From contig CAYPCX010000001.1 in NCBI GenBank assembly GCA_964409365.1, positions 312,699-376,698 on the forward strand: a stretch of 64,000 nucleotides of DNA, in the 5' to 3' direction. The notes below the pieces were generated by a model. It did not search any database and was not told the DNA's origin. It worked only from the letters and a program-made list of their open reading frames with translations. Position 1 is the stretch's first letter. Each line of letters begins with the position of its first letter. A program made the position numbers and the translations under genes. Shown here piece by piece: positions 8,601 to 17,859 of the stretch. This stretch comes from an uncultured Planctomycetia bacterium. GTDB lineage: Bacteria > Omnitrophota > Gorgyraeia > Tantalellales > Tantalellaceae.

Positions 8601-9887
8601 ATGGACTGGAAAATAAAGAAAGCTCAGAAAGGGTTGAAAGGCGAGCTCAGGGTCCCGCCCGATAAGAGCATCTCGCACAGGGCGGTCATGTTCTCCTCAA
8701 TAGCCAGGGGAAAATGCCGCATCGATAATTTTCTCTTCGGCGAGGACTGCATGCGCACTTATGAGGCGTTCCTTGCCATGGGCGTGAGTATCACCCGCAA
8801 ACATAACGCCGTGGTCGTCAAAGGGGACGGGCTCAAGGGGCTTAAAGCGCCCGCGGGAGCCCTGTACATGGGTAATTCCGGGACGTCAATGCGTATCATG
8901 TCCGGTATCCTTGCCGGTCAGGATTTCGCCACGGAACTGACCGGTGACGAGTCTCTTTCCAAGAGGCCGATGGGTCGGATAGTGGAACCGCTCAGGAGCA
9001 TGGGCGCGAATATAGAGACGGCCGGCGACGGCAGGCCGCCGATAAAGATCGCACCGGCGGGAGGGCCCCTGAAAGCGGTTACCTACAATACGCCCGTGGC
9101 GAGCGCGCAGGTGAAGTCGTGTGTTCTCAGCGCGGGCCTTTACGCCGATGGTACGACGGCTCTCACGGAACCGTTCCAGTCAAGGAACCATACCGAGAAG
9201 ATGCTGGAATATTTTTCCGCGGAGATCGAACGTGAAGGCCTGACGACAAGAGTGACCGGGGGAAAGGAGCTTGTCCCGAAGGACTTGAGCGTACCGGGTG
9301 ATGTATCAAGTGCGGCCTTCTTTATAGTGGGAGCGCTTCTGGTGGAAGGGTCGAACCTGGTGCTCAGAGGGGTCGGGCTGAACCCGACCCGGACGGGTCT
9401 TATATCCGTGCTCAAAAGGATGGGGGCGAAGATAGATATACTGGACCTGCGGGGTGAATCCGAACCTTCAGGAGACCTCAGGGCCCTTTATTCTCCTCTG
9501 GAGGGTACTATAGTCAAGCCGAGCGAGATACCCCTTTTAATAGACGAGATACCGGTCCTTATCATCGCGGCCGTGACCGCGTCGAGCCCTACGGAGATAC
9601 AGGGTATATCGGAACTCAGGGTCAAGGAGAGCGACAGGGTGCGCAGCATGACGGAGAACCTCTCGAAGCTGGGAGTGGAGATGATGGAGAAAGGGGATTC
9701 GCTGATAATCTATGGAGGGAAAAAGACCTTTACTTCAGCCGTCCTGGACAGTTTCGGGGACCACCGTATCGCGATGAGCATGGCGGTGGCCTCGCTTATA
9801 TCCGACGACGGGTGCACGATCAGGGATACGGACTGCGTGAACACCTCCTATCCGGATTTCCCGGGCCACCTGGCAAAGGTCAGCTGA
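8601..9887 (+). CDS. aroA: 3-phosphoshikimate 1-carboxyvinyltransferase (EPSP synthase)
   Basis: LRVPPDKSISHRAVMF and LYMGNSGTSMR motifs of EPSP synthase, 428 aa. Confidence 0.9.
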   Translation: MDWKIKKAQKGLKGELRVPPDKSISHRAVMFSSIARGKCRIDNFLFGEDCMRTYEAFLAMGVSITRKHNAVVVKGDGLKGLKAPAGALYMGNSGTSMRIMSGILAGQDFATELTGDESLSKRPMGRIVEPLRSMGANIETAGDGRPPIKIAPAGGPLKAVTYNTPVASAQVKSCVLSAGLYADGTTALTEPFQSRNHTEKMLEYFSAEIEREGLTTRVTGGKELVPKDLSVPGDVSSAAFFIVGALLVEGSNLVLRGVGLNPTRTGLISVLKRMGAKIDILDLRGESEPSGDLRALYSPLEGTIVKPSEIPLLIDEIPVLIIAAVTASSPTEIQGISELRVKESDRVRSMTENLSKLGVEMMEKGDSLIIYGGKKTFTSAVLDSFGDHRIAMSMAVASLISDDGCTIRDTDCVNTSYPDFPGHLAKVS

Positions 9888-9912
9888 GAGAAGTGCTTGC
9901 CTAAAATAAGGT

Positions 9913-9941
9913 TTGACAAAGTATTTGTTATTTGCTAACAT
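9913..9941 (+). promoter_or_regulatory. Candidate sigma70-type promoter of the mreBCD-mrdA-rodA operon (TTGACA-17-TAACAT; a second perfect TATAAT at about 9959)
   Basis: Hexamers read directly from the sequence 45-75 nt upstream of mreB ATG. Confidence 0.45.
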
Positions 9942-9988
9942 TTTTACGGATTTAATAATATAATCTACACCCACCAATAATAGGAAAT

Positions 9989-11047
9989 ATGCTAAACACC
10001 ATTTCGAAATATTTTGATGGCATAATCGGCATGTTCTCGACCGATATGGGCATCGACCTCGGAACCGCTTCAACCCTTGTTTACCTCAAGAACGAAGGTA
10101 TAGTTCTCTGCGAACCTTCCGTCGTTGCTATCGAGGCCGGTACGAATAACGTCCTGGCGGTGGGGGAAGAGGCAAAACGCATGCTCGGCAGGACCCCCGG
10201 CAACATAGTCGCGATAAGGCCTATGAAGGACGGCGTTATCGCGGATTTCGAGATAACCGAAAGCATGCTCAGGTATTTCATCAAGAAAGTGCACAATTCA
10301 CGCCGTCTCGTCCGGCCGAGAGTGGTGGTCGCCATACCTTCGGGTATTACCGAGGTGGAGAAACGCGCGGTCAAGGATTCCGCGCTCCACGCCGGCGCCA
10401 GGGAAGTATACATGCTCGAGGAGCCGGTAGCGGCTTCCATCGGGGTGGGGCTCCCCATCCAGGAACCCTCCGGCAACATGATAATCGACATCGGCGGCGG
10501 CACGACCGAGATGGCCGTCATATCTCTCGCGGGTGTCGTATTCTCGAAGTCTATCCGTATCGGCGGGGATGAGCTGGACGACGCTATCATCAACTATCTT
10601 AAGAGGACTTACAACCTCATGGTAGGTGAAAGGACCGCCGAGGAGATCAAGATAAGGATAGGGTCCGCTTACCCGATGGACGATGAACTGACCATGGACG
10701 TGAGGGGGCGTGATCTCGTGGCGGGCCTTCCCAAAATGATCACCGTTACCAGCGAAGAGATCAGGGAAGCCCTGTCCGAGCCGATCGCCCAGATAATCGA
10801 GGCGGTGAGGATAACCCTTGAGAGGACGCCGCCGGAACTTTCCGCGGACCTTATTGAAAAAGGGTTGATACTCGCCGGCGGAGGAGCTCTTCTCAGGGGG
10901 CTGGATAAGCTTATCGCTGAAGAGACGGGTCTGCCGGTGCACCTTGCGGACGACCCGCTTACGGCGGTCGTTCTGGGTACGGGCAAGGTGCTCAGCGAGT
11001 TAAGGTACTTAAAGAGACTGACCGTAGCCCCGAGACTTCAAAAATAA
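9989..11047 (+). CDS. mreB: Rod shape-determining protein MreB
   Basis: Actin-fold ATPase, [12 protein letters not shown] and DIGGGTTE phosphate motifs. Confidence 0.95.
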   Translation: MLNTISKYFDGIIGMFSTDMGIDLGTASTLVYLKNEGIVLCEPSVVAIEAGTNNVLAVGEEAKRMLGRTPGNIVAIRPMKDGVIADFEITESMLRYFIKKVHNSRRLVRPRVVVAIPSGITEVEKRAVKDSALHAGAREVYMLEEPVAASIGVGLPIQEPSGNMIIDIGGGTTEMAVISLAGVVFSKSIRIGGDELDDAIINYLKRTYNLMVGERTAEEIKIRIGSAYPMDDELTMDVRGRDLVAGLPKMITVTSEEIREALSEPIAQIIEAVRITLERTPPELSADLIEKGLILAGGGALLRGLDKLIAEETGLPVHLADDPLTAVVLGTGKVLSELRYLKRLTVAPRLQK

Positions 11048-11063
11048 GTAAAGACTATTCGAT

Positions 11064-11840
11064 GTGCCTAAACTTCTTAATAGGAAAAGAACCTGGTTTT
11101 TCATATCTTTCTTTTTAGCTGTCATCTTCCTTTTTGTCATATTCCCTTCATTTTTTTCCGGCGTCAGGACCGTCACTCTCAGGACCCTTTCGGCACCCGC
11201 GAGACTTTTCGTCTCTATCCGTGAAGGTTGCGTTACCAGGCGGCGGCTCCGGAGCGAGAACAGGGCGCTGAGAAAGGATCTCGCGGACCTTTCTCTTAAG
11301 ATCGAAGGCCTCAAGGACCTCCGGGACGAGAACGAGCGCCTCAGGGAACTCCTCAACTTCAGGAAAAAGATACAATACGACGTGGTCTCGGCCGAGGTCA
11401 TCGCGAGGAACCCTAACGACTGGATCGGGTCGTTCGTCATCGACAGGGGTGCGGCCGACGGCGTAAAGAAAGATTCCGCTGTCTGCACCGCCAAGGGGCT
11501 GCTCGGGAAGGTGACGGGGGCCGATGCCGAGACAAGTTCCGTGATGATGATCATCCACCCGGGATTCAAGGCCGGGGGAATGATCAAAGGCACCGGGGTG
11601 AACGGGATAGTGGTCGGTTCCGGGAAGGGGACTCTCAGGATGCTTTATATTCCCGTCGACGCCGACGTGGGAAAGGGTGACGTCGTCGTGACGTCGGGGT
11701 TCAGCAGGATATTTCCCAGAGGGATACCCATCGGCGAGGTGGTCTCTGTCGGAAGGAGCAGGACCGGTTTGTACAAATACGCGGTCATCAGGCCTTCCGC
11801 GAACCTTTTCGAACAGGAAGAGGTTCTTTGTATCAAGTGA
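11064..11840 (+). CDS. mreC: Rod shape-determining protein MreC
   Basis: Single N-terminal TM, coiled coil (ENRALRKDLADL...LRELLNF), beta-rich C-term; position between mreB and mreD. Confidence 0.8.
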   Translation: MPKLLNRKRTWFFISFFLAVIFLFVIFPSFFSGVRTVTLRTLSAPARLFVSIREGCVTRRRLRSENRALRKDLADLSLKIEGLKDLRDENERLRELLNFRKKIQYDVVSAEVIARNPNDWIGSFVIDRGAADGVKKDSAVCTAKGLLGKVTGADAETSSVMMIIHPGFKAGGMIKGTGVNGIVVGSGKGTLRMLYIPVDADVGKGDVVVTSGFSRIFPRGIPIGEVVSVGRSRTGLYKYAVIRPSANLFEQEEVLCIK

Positions 11841-12225
11841 ATTTCAGGTCTCAGGTTGCAGGTCTCAGGAAACAGATGACAGAGGACAGAAGGACAGAGG
11901 ACAGAGGACAGAAGGACAGAGGACAGAGGACAGAGGACAGAAGGACGTAGATGCCAGGAGGATGTTAGATGTTGGATGTTAGATCTTTGATCGCAAAGAG
12001 CTAAGCGCGTAGAGCAAAGAATCACAGTTTTACGCTGTACGCTATGCCCTTTGCGCTATGCTTTTTTCACTTGTCACTTTATCCTTTATCCTTGTCACTT
12101 GTCACTGTTTACTGGCTACTGGTTACTGGTTACTGTTTACTGGTTACTGGTTACTGTTTACTGGCTACTGGTTACTGGTTACTGGCTACTGGTTACTGGT
12201 TACTCTGACACTATGACACTTACGC
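11841..12225. repeat. Composite heptanucleotide tandem-repeat mosaic (longest copy: about 10x GGACAGA, GATGTTA module, about 12x TACTGGT)
   Basis: Same module order as 6400-6612 and 15745-15975; ends with the TGACAC motif immediately before mreD. Confidence 0.85.
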
Positions 12226-12699
12226 ATGAAACAACGTATCGCACTATATGCATTGCTGGTGGTCTGTGTCCTGGTCCAGGTGATATTGATGCGGGATGCC
12301 GCCTGGTTCCCGGACATCATACTTATCATGGTCGTTTTTACCGGTATCTTCAGGGGCGGGACCGAGGCCCTTGCTTTGGGCATCGTGGCAGGTCTTTTGA
12401 GAGGGAGTTTTTCGGTGGGGACGCTCCCTCTGGATATTCTTATTTTTCCGCTGGTGGGCGTGATGTCCGCGGCCCTTGCTAGGATGTTCTACCGGCAGAA
12501 CCCGGCTATCCAGGTGTTGATCACCTCCGCCGCTCTCGCTGCTGTCGTGGCGGCGCACACGCTTTATCTTAACGTGGTAAGCGGCAACGACGTCGCGCTG
12601 TCATTCGTTTTCATGAACAGCCTGTGGACGCTGGCGCTGACGGTCATCCTCTCGCCGCTTATTTTCCTCATGCTTCGTCCTTTGTGGTCGGAGAACTAA
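12226..12699 (+). CDS. mreD: Rod shape-determining protein MreD
   Basis: 157 aa polytopic membrane protein directly between mreC and mrdA. Confidence 0.65.
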   Translation: MKQRIALYALLVVCVLVQVILMRDAAWFPDIILIMVVFTGIFRGGTEALALGIVAGLLRGSFSVGTLPLDILIFPLVGVMSAALARMFYRQNPAIQVLITSAALAAVVAAHTLYLNVVSGNDVALSFVFMNSLWTLALTVILSPLIFLMLRPLWSEN

Positions 12700-12702
12700 A
12701 TA

Positions 12703-14421
12703 ATGAGAACTAAAACATTAAGTTTTATATTCGTATTTTGCCTGGGGTTCCTACTTTTGGGGCTCTTTTTCACTCAGGTGATCCGGCACGAACGATACAG
12801 GGTCATGTCCGAGGAGAACAGGCTGAAGATAATCCCTCTTATGGCCCCGAGAGGTAGCATATACGACAGAAACGGCAAAGCCCTGGTGAAAGACGTCCTG
12901 AGTTTCGACGTCGCGGTCATCTATAGCCGCATAAAGGATAAGACCGCGCTGGCAGACATGCTGAGCTCCGAGCTGGAAATACCCGCGGAGACGATAACCC
13001 GGGAGATCGGGAAAGCCCGGAGGCAGCCGTTCACCCCTACCGTCGTAGCCTCCAATGTCGGTATAGGAAAGGCCATACAACTGGAAGAGTTGAGCGCGGA
13101 TTATCCCGGACTTCACCTGGATGTTTCGGCGAGACGGGAATATCTGCGCGGGGAGACCGCTTCGAACGTCCTTGGTTATCTCGGGATGATAAACAGGTCC
13201 GAGTTCGACAGGCTCAAGCATTACGGGTACAGTATAAGGGATCTTGTCGGCAGGGCGGGCCTCGAGAGAACGTACGATAATTATCTCAGAGGGCGCCACG
13301 GCGGAAAACAGGTCGAGGTGGACCATCGCGGACGCGAGATGACGACGCTGGGATTGAAAGAGCCAAGCTCCGGCAGGGACGTCAGACTTACGCTTGACCT
13401 TGAGTTGCAGGAATATTGTGACGGCCTTCTCAAGAACAAGAAGGGCGCTATTCTTGCCATGGATCCGGATACCGGCGCGATGATAGCCATGTCCAGCGCC
13501 CCGGGTTATGACCCCGGTGTTTTTGTGGACAGGGCCAGAAGCGTCGAAACGGTAGAGCTTCTGAATGATAATGAATATCCTCTAGTGAACAGGGCGATAA
13601 CGGGTGTGTATCCGCCCGGTTCGGTGTTCAAAGTGGTAGTAGCTTCCGGGGCGGTCGAGACCGCGAAGGCGGGAGAACATACGACCTTTGCCTGTTCCGG
13701 CGTCTTCACTCTCGGCAGGGCGACGTTCCACTGCTGGAGGGAAGGGGGGCACGGTCTCCTGGCCCTCAAGGACGCGATCAAGAATTCATGCAACGTTTAT
13801 TTCTTCCAGCTCGGGCTCCTGCTGGGCGCGGACGGCATCGCGGAGTTCGCCAGGAGGTTCGGTTTCGGAAGTCATACCGGCATCGACCTTCCGGGAGAGG
13901 CTCCCGGCACTGTACCCGACCCTGAATGGAAGGAGGAACGTTTCAATGACAAGTGGTATAAGGGGGATACCGTCAACTATTCCATCGGACAGGGGTATAT
14001 GCTGTGCACCCCTATCCAGGTAGCGAGGATGATGGCCGTTTTCGCGAACGACGGATTTATAGTAAGGCCGTACATAGTGAACAGGATAGGGAGCCTCGAT
14101 ACGGTAAGCGGTGAAAAGATCGAAGTGGATATCTCAGGTGATACGCTGAAGACCGTAAAGGAAGGCATGTGGAGGGTCGTGAACTCTCCCAGGGGCACGG
14201 GGATGAAAGCCAGGCTTCGCAACGTAGAGGTCGCCGGGAAGACCGGCACGGCGCAGACATCCCGGGGAAAGAACCACGGGTGGTTCGCGGGGTTCGCTCC
14301 TTACGACGATCCGAAGCTCGTTGTCGTCATTTTTGACGAATACGGCGGGAAAGGCGGATACTACGCCGCGCAGACGGCGGGGAAGGTGTTCAAAAAAGCC
14401 GATGAACTGGGACTATTGTAG
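12703..14421 (+). CDS. mrdA: Penicillin-binding protein 2 (peptidoglycan D,D-transpeptidase)
   Basis: N-terminal TM, PBP dimerisation domain, SxxK (GSVFKVV), SxN (NSCN) and KTG(T) motifs. Confidence 0.9.
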   Translation: MRTKTLSFIFVFCLGFLLLGLFFTQVIRHERYRVMSEENRLKIIPLMAPRGSIYDRNGKALVKDVLSFDVAVIYSRIKDKTALADMLSSELEIPAETITREIGKARRQPFTPTVVASNVGIGKAIQLEELSADYPGLHLDVSARREYLRGETASNVLGYLGMINRSEFDRLKHYGYSIRDLVGRAGLERTYDNYLRGRHGGKQVEVDHRGREMTTLGLKEPSSGRDVRLTLDLELQEYCDGLLKNKKGAILAMDPDTGAMIAMSSAPGYDPGVFVDRARSVETVELLNDNEYPLVNRAITGVYPPGSVFKVVVASGAVETAKAGEHTTFACSGVFTLGRATFHCWREGGHGLLALKDAIKNSCNVYFFQLGLLLGADGIAEFARRFGFGSHTGIDLPGEAPGTVPDPEWKEERFNDKWYKGDTVNYSIGQGYMLCTPIQVARMMAVFANDGFIVRPYIVNRIGSLDTVSGEKIEVDISGDTLKTVKEGMWRVVNSPRGTGMKARLRNVEVAGKTGTAQTSRGKNHGWFAGFAPYDDPKLVVVIFDEYGGKGGYYAAQTAGKVFKKADELGLL

Positions 14422-14424
14422 AGA

Positions 14425-14640
14425 GTCACAAGTTGCAAGTCACAAGTATCAAGTTACAAGTTGCAAGTCACAAGTCACAAGTTACAAGTTACAAGTCACA
14501 AGTCACAAGTTACAAGTCACAAGGAAAAAGGATAAAGTGTCGAATAACCCGTTTCCCGTAACCGGTTTCCAGATAGCTCTGGTCACTGGTTACTCAATAC
14601 TCGACACTCAATACTCAATACTTAATTTGCGAATGGGAGT
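14425..14640. repeat. Heptanucleotide tandem-repeat mosaic, CACAAGT/TACAAGT array (about 13 units) with inverted versions of the CTTTATC and TACTGGT modules
   Basis: Direct reading; reverse-complement relationship to modules in the 6400 and 11841 copies. Confidence 0.8.
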
Positions 14641-14643
14641 TAC

Positions 14644-15741
14644 ATGTTTTTCGCAAAAAGAGGGCATATAGACAAGATATTGCTCGCGACGGTGCTTGCG
14701 ATAGGGTTGCTCGGCGTGCTTTTTGTATACAGCGCCACCTGGGACAAGAATGCCAGCGGGCCGGGGCTGAACACTATCGTCGTGAAGCAGGCCATGGCGG
14801 TCATGATCGGCCTGGTGGTCCTTCTTTTCATAGCGAACATGGATTACAGGCGGATGAGGGACCTGGGGTATTTCCTTTACGTGGTCAACCTCGCGGCCCT
14901 TGTGTTCCTTCTCATTTTCGGCGGTGAACGTTACGGCGCGAGGCGGTGGATAAACCTGGGATTCTTTTCCCTGCAGCCGTCCGAGTTCGTGAAACTTACC
15001 ATGATCCTCGCGCTGGGGGCTTTTCTCAGCGACAGACGCGAGAAAATAGGCGGTTTCGGCAATTTCTTTTTCGCGCTGGTCCTTGCCATGCCGGCCTTTG
15101 CGCTGATATTCCTGCAGCCGGACCTGGGGACAGCGCTCGTCCTTCTACCGATACTTTTTTCCATACTGTTCGTCTGCGGCGAAAGGAAAAGATATCTGGC
15201 CGCCTGTGTGGGGCTGGGGGTAGCCGCTCTTCCGGTCCTTTGGAGCCTGCTGAAGGATTACCAGAAGACGCGGCTCATGGTCTTCATAAATCCCAATCTG
15301 GACCCGCTGGGCGCGGGGTACACGATAATACAGTCCAAGATAGCCATCGGTTCCGGCGGATGGTTCGGCAAGGGATGGCTCAACGGGACGCAGAGTTATC
15401 TGAAATTCCTCCCCGAGCGGCACTCCGATTTCATCTTTTCAGTGGTGGGGGAAGAATGGGGCTTTGCAGGGGCGCTTGTCATCATAGCGCTCTATGTGCT
15501 TTTTATAAGCAGGGGCCTGAGGATAGCCGCGAACACGGATGATGTCTTCGGAAAGGCGGTGGCTGTCGGGGTCGTGACGTTGCTGGCTTTCCAGGTATTC
15601 GTCAACATCTCCATGACGATAGGTTTTATGCCTGTCGTAGGCTTGCCCCTTCCCGCGATCAGTTACGGGGGATCTTCCACCCTGGCGACATTCATCGGAG
15701 CGGGGCTTTTGCTCAGCATCGGGCGGAAAGCGGCCAGATAA
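14644..15741 (+). CDS. rodA: Rod shape-determining protein RodA (SEDS family peptidoglycan polymerase)
   Basis: FtsW/RodA/SpoVE family: 10 TM, conserved GGW.GKG and PE.H.DFIF blocks. Confidence 0.9.
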   Translation: MFFAKRGHIDKILLATVLAIGLLGVLFVYSATWDKNASGPGLNTIVVKQAMAVMIGLVVLLFIANMDYRRMRDLGYFLYVVNLAALVFLLIFGGERYGARRWINLGFFSLQPSEFVKLTMILALGAFLSDRREKIGGFGNFFFALVLAMPAFALIFLQPDLGTALVLLPILFSILFVCGERKRYLAACVGLGVAALPVLWSLLKDYQKTRLMVFINPNLDPLGAGYTIIQSKIAIGSGGWFGKGWLNGTQSYLKFLPERHSDFIFSVVGEEWGFAGALVIIALYVLFISRGLRIAANTDDVFGKAVAVGVVTLLAFQVFVNISMTIGFMPVVGLPLPAISYGGSSTLATFIGAGLLLSIGRKAAR

Positions 15742-15744
15742 ACA

Positions 15745-15975
<231 letters not shown>

Positions 15976-15978
15976 GTT

Positions 15979-17718
15979 ATGGATGACTTGAGGCAAATTC
16001 TCAGCAAAGTGCAGAAACCCGGGCGCTATATCGGCGGCGAAACGAACTGTGTCCGCAAAAAATTCACACAGGACAGGATTTCCGTCGCTCTGGCATATCC
16101 CGATACGTACGAGGTCGGGATGAGCTACCTGGGACTGCGGATACTGTACCATCTTCTTAACGAGCGAGACGACATAGTCTGCGAGCGCGTGTTCGCCCCC
16201 TGGCCGGACATGGAACAAGAGCTCAGGGGGAACGGCCGTAGACTTTTCAGTCTTGAGTCGAAGACGGATATCCACAGGTTCGATATCGTGGGGTTCTCTC
16301 TTTCCTACGAGCTGACCTACACTAACGTTCTCAATATGCTGGACCTTTCGGGGATAACCGTAGAGGCCGCCAAAAGAGGGGATGACGAACCTCTCGTCAT
16401 AGCCGGAGGCGCGTGCTGCTGTAACCCGGAACCCATGAGCGCCTTCATAGACGCTTTTTTGATAGGCGACGCGGAAGAAGCGCTTCCGGGGTTTATTGAC
16501 GCCTACCGTGAGCTGAAACGCGGCTCGGTCGACAGAAAAAGCACGTTGAAACGCCTCGCACGTCTGGGCGGCGTATATGTTCCGCGTCTTTATTCCGCGC
16601 GGTATGAGGGTGATAAGTTCCTCGGCCTCGCGCCCGAAGATGACGGGGTGCCGCCGGTGGTCAAAAAGAATTCCGTGGCCGATCTTGAAAAGGCGTATTA
16701 TCCGGTCAAGCAGATCGTGCCGCTGGTCAAGATAGTCCACGACAGGATAGCGGTAGAGATAATGAGGGGGTGCCCCAACGGGTGCCGGTTCTGCCAGGCG
16801 GGCAACATAAATAAACCGGTGAGGCTCAGGAGCCCGGGACGTATCCGCGAGATATGCCGCGAGACTTACGCCGCCACGGGATACGAACGTATCGCGCTTC
16901 TCTCGCTTTCCAGCGTCAATTACCCGTATCTTCCGGAACTGGTCGAAGGGCTGAACGCGGACCTCGGGGACAAGGGAGTAGGGGTCTCCATACCGTCACT
17001 GCGCGTGGACGAAGCGTTCTACGCCCTGCCGGGGATATTGTCCGCTGTAAGGAAAGCGGGCCTTACTTTCGCCCCGGAGGCCGCGGGTGAGGGAATGAGA
17101 AGGTCCATAGGCAAGGACATAAAGACCGAAGTGCTCGAGAGGTCCGTCCGGCTCGCTTACGGCCACGGGTGGAGGAGGGTCAAACTGTATTTTATGGTAG
17201 GGTTTCCGGGGGACATGGATGAAGAGGCGAAAAAAATACTGGTCCTGTCAAGGGATATATCCCGCCTGAAAAGGGAAGTGTCGGGCGGCGCGGCCGAAGT
17301 GAAAGTGAGCGTCAATTCGTTCGTTCCCAAAGCGCATACCCCGTTCCAGTGGCTTGGCATGAGGCCGGCGGAGGGACTTTTGCGCGCGAGGAACATACTG
17401 CGTTCGGGTTCCACGAAGAAGGTCACGGTCGATTTTCATGATGTGGACAGGTCGATGCTTGAAGCCTGCCTGGCTAAGGGTGACCGCGCTCTCGCGGGCG
17501 TGATATACGCGGCCTGGAAGAAAGGGGCCAAGATGGACGGCTGGCAGGACCTTTTCGATCTTGCCGCGTGGGAAGGTTCTTTCCGGGAAAAAGGCCTTGA
17601 TATCCGGTCTTACGCTTTGAAAGCGTCCGCCCTCGACGACGTATTGCCGTGGTCGCACATAAAGGCCGGCATGGACGAAAAAAACTTGAAGGAAGAGTTT
17701 ATAAATAGCGAGTTGTAA
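15979..17718 (+). CDS. B12-binding-domain radical SAM protein, TIGR03960-like
   Basis: N-terminal QKPGRYIGGE hallmark, CxxxCxxC (CPNGCRFC) radical-SAM cluster; start placed at MDDLRQ downstream of the repeat. Confidence 0.7.
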   Translation: MDDLRQILSKVQKPGRYIGGETNCVRKKFTQDRISVALAYPDTYEVGMSYLGLRILYHLLNERDDIVCERVFAPWPDMEQELRGNGRRLFSLESKTDIHRFDIVGFSLSYELTYTNVLNMLDLSGITVEAAKRGDDEPLVIAGGACCCNPEPMSAFIDAFLIGDAEEALPGFIDAYRELKRGSVDRKSTLKRLARLGGVYVPRLYSARYEGDKFLGLAPEDDGVPPVVKKNSVADLEKAYYPVKQIVPLVKIVHDRIAVEIMRGCPNGCRFCQAGNINKPVRLRSPGRIREICRETYAATGYERIALLSLSSVNYPYLPELVEGLNADLGDKGVGVSIPSLRVDEAFYALPGILSAVRKAGLTFAPEAAGEGMRRSIGKDIKTEVLERSVRLAYGHGWRRVKLYFMVGFPGDMDEEAKKILVLSRDISRLKREVSGGAAEVKVSVNSFVPKAHTPFQWLGMRPAEGLLRARNILRSGSTKKVTVDFHDVDRSMLEACLAKGDRALAGVIYAAWKKGAKMDGWQDLFDLAAWEGSFREKGLDIRSYALKASALDDVLPWSHIKAGMDEKNLKEEFINSEL

Positions 17719-17770
17719 TCTTAAAACCTGAGACCTGAGACCTGAGACCTGGAACCTGTGGCCTGATTTT
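17719..17770. repeat. CCTGAGA heptamer tandem repeat (about 5 units)
   Basis: cttaaaacctgagacctgagacctgagacctggaacctgtggcctga; the same motif recurs at 32980-33012. Confidence 0.8.
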
Positions 17771-17859
17771 GACAATTCAAAATAGTTAGTGTATTATTAT
17801 TTATCAGTCAGATGTGAGATAATATAATTGGATTTTTCCATAATACCTGGAGGTTACTC

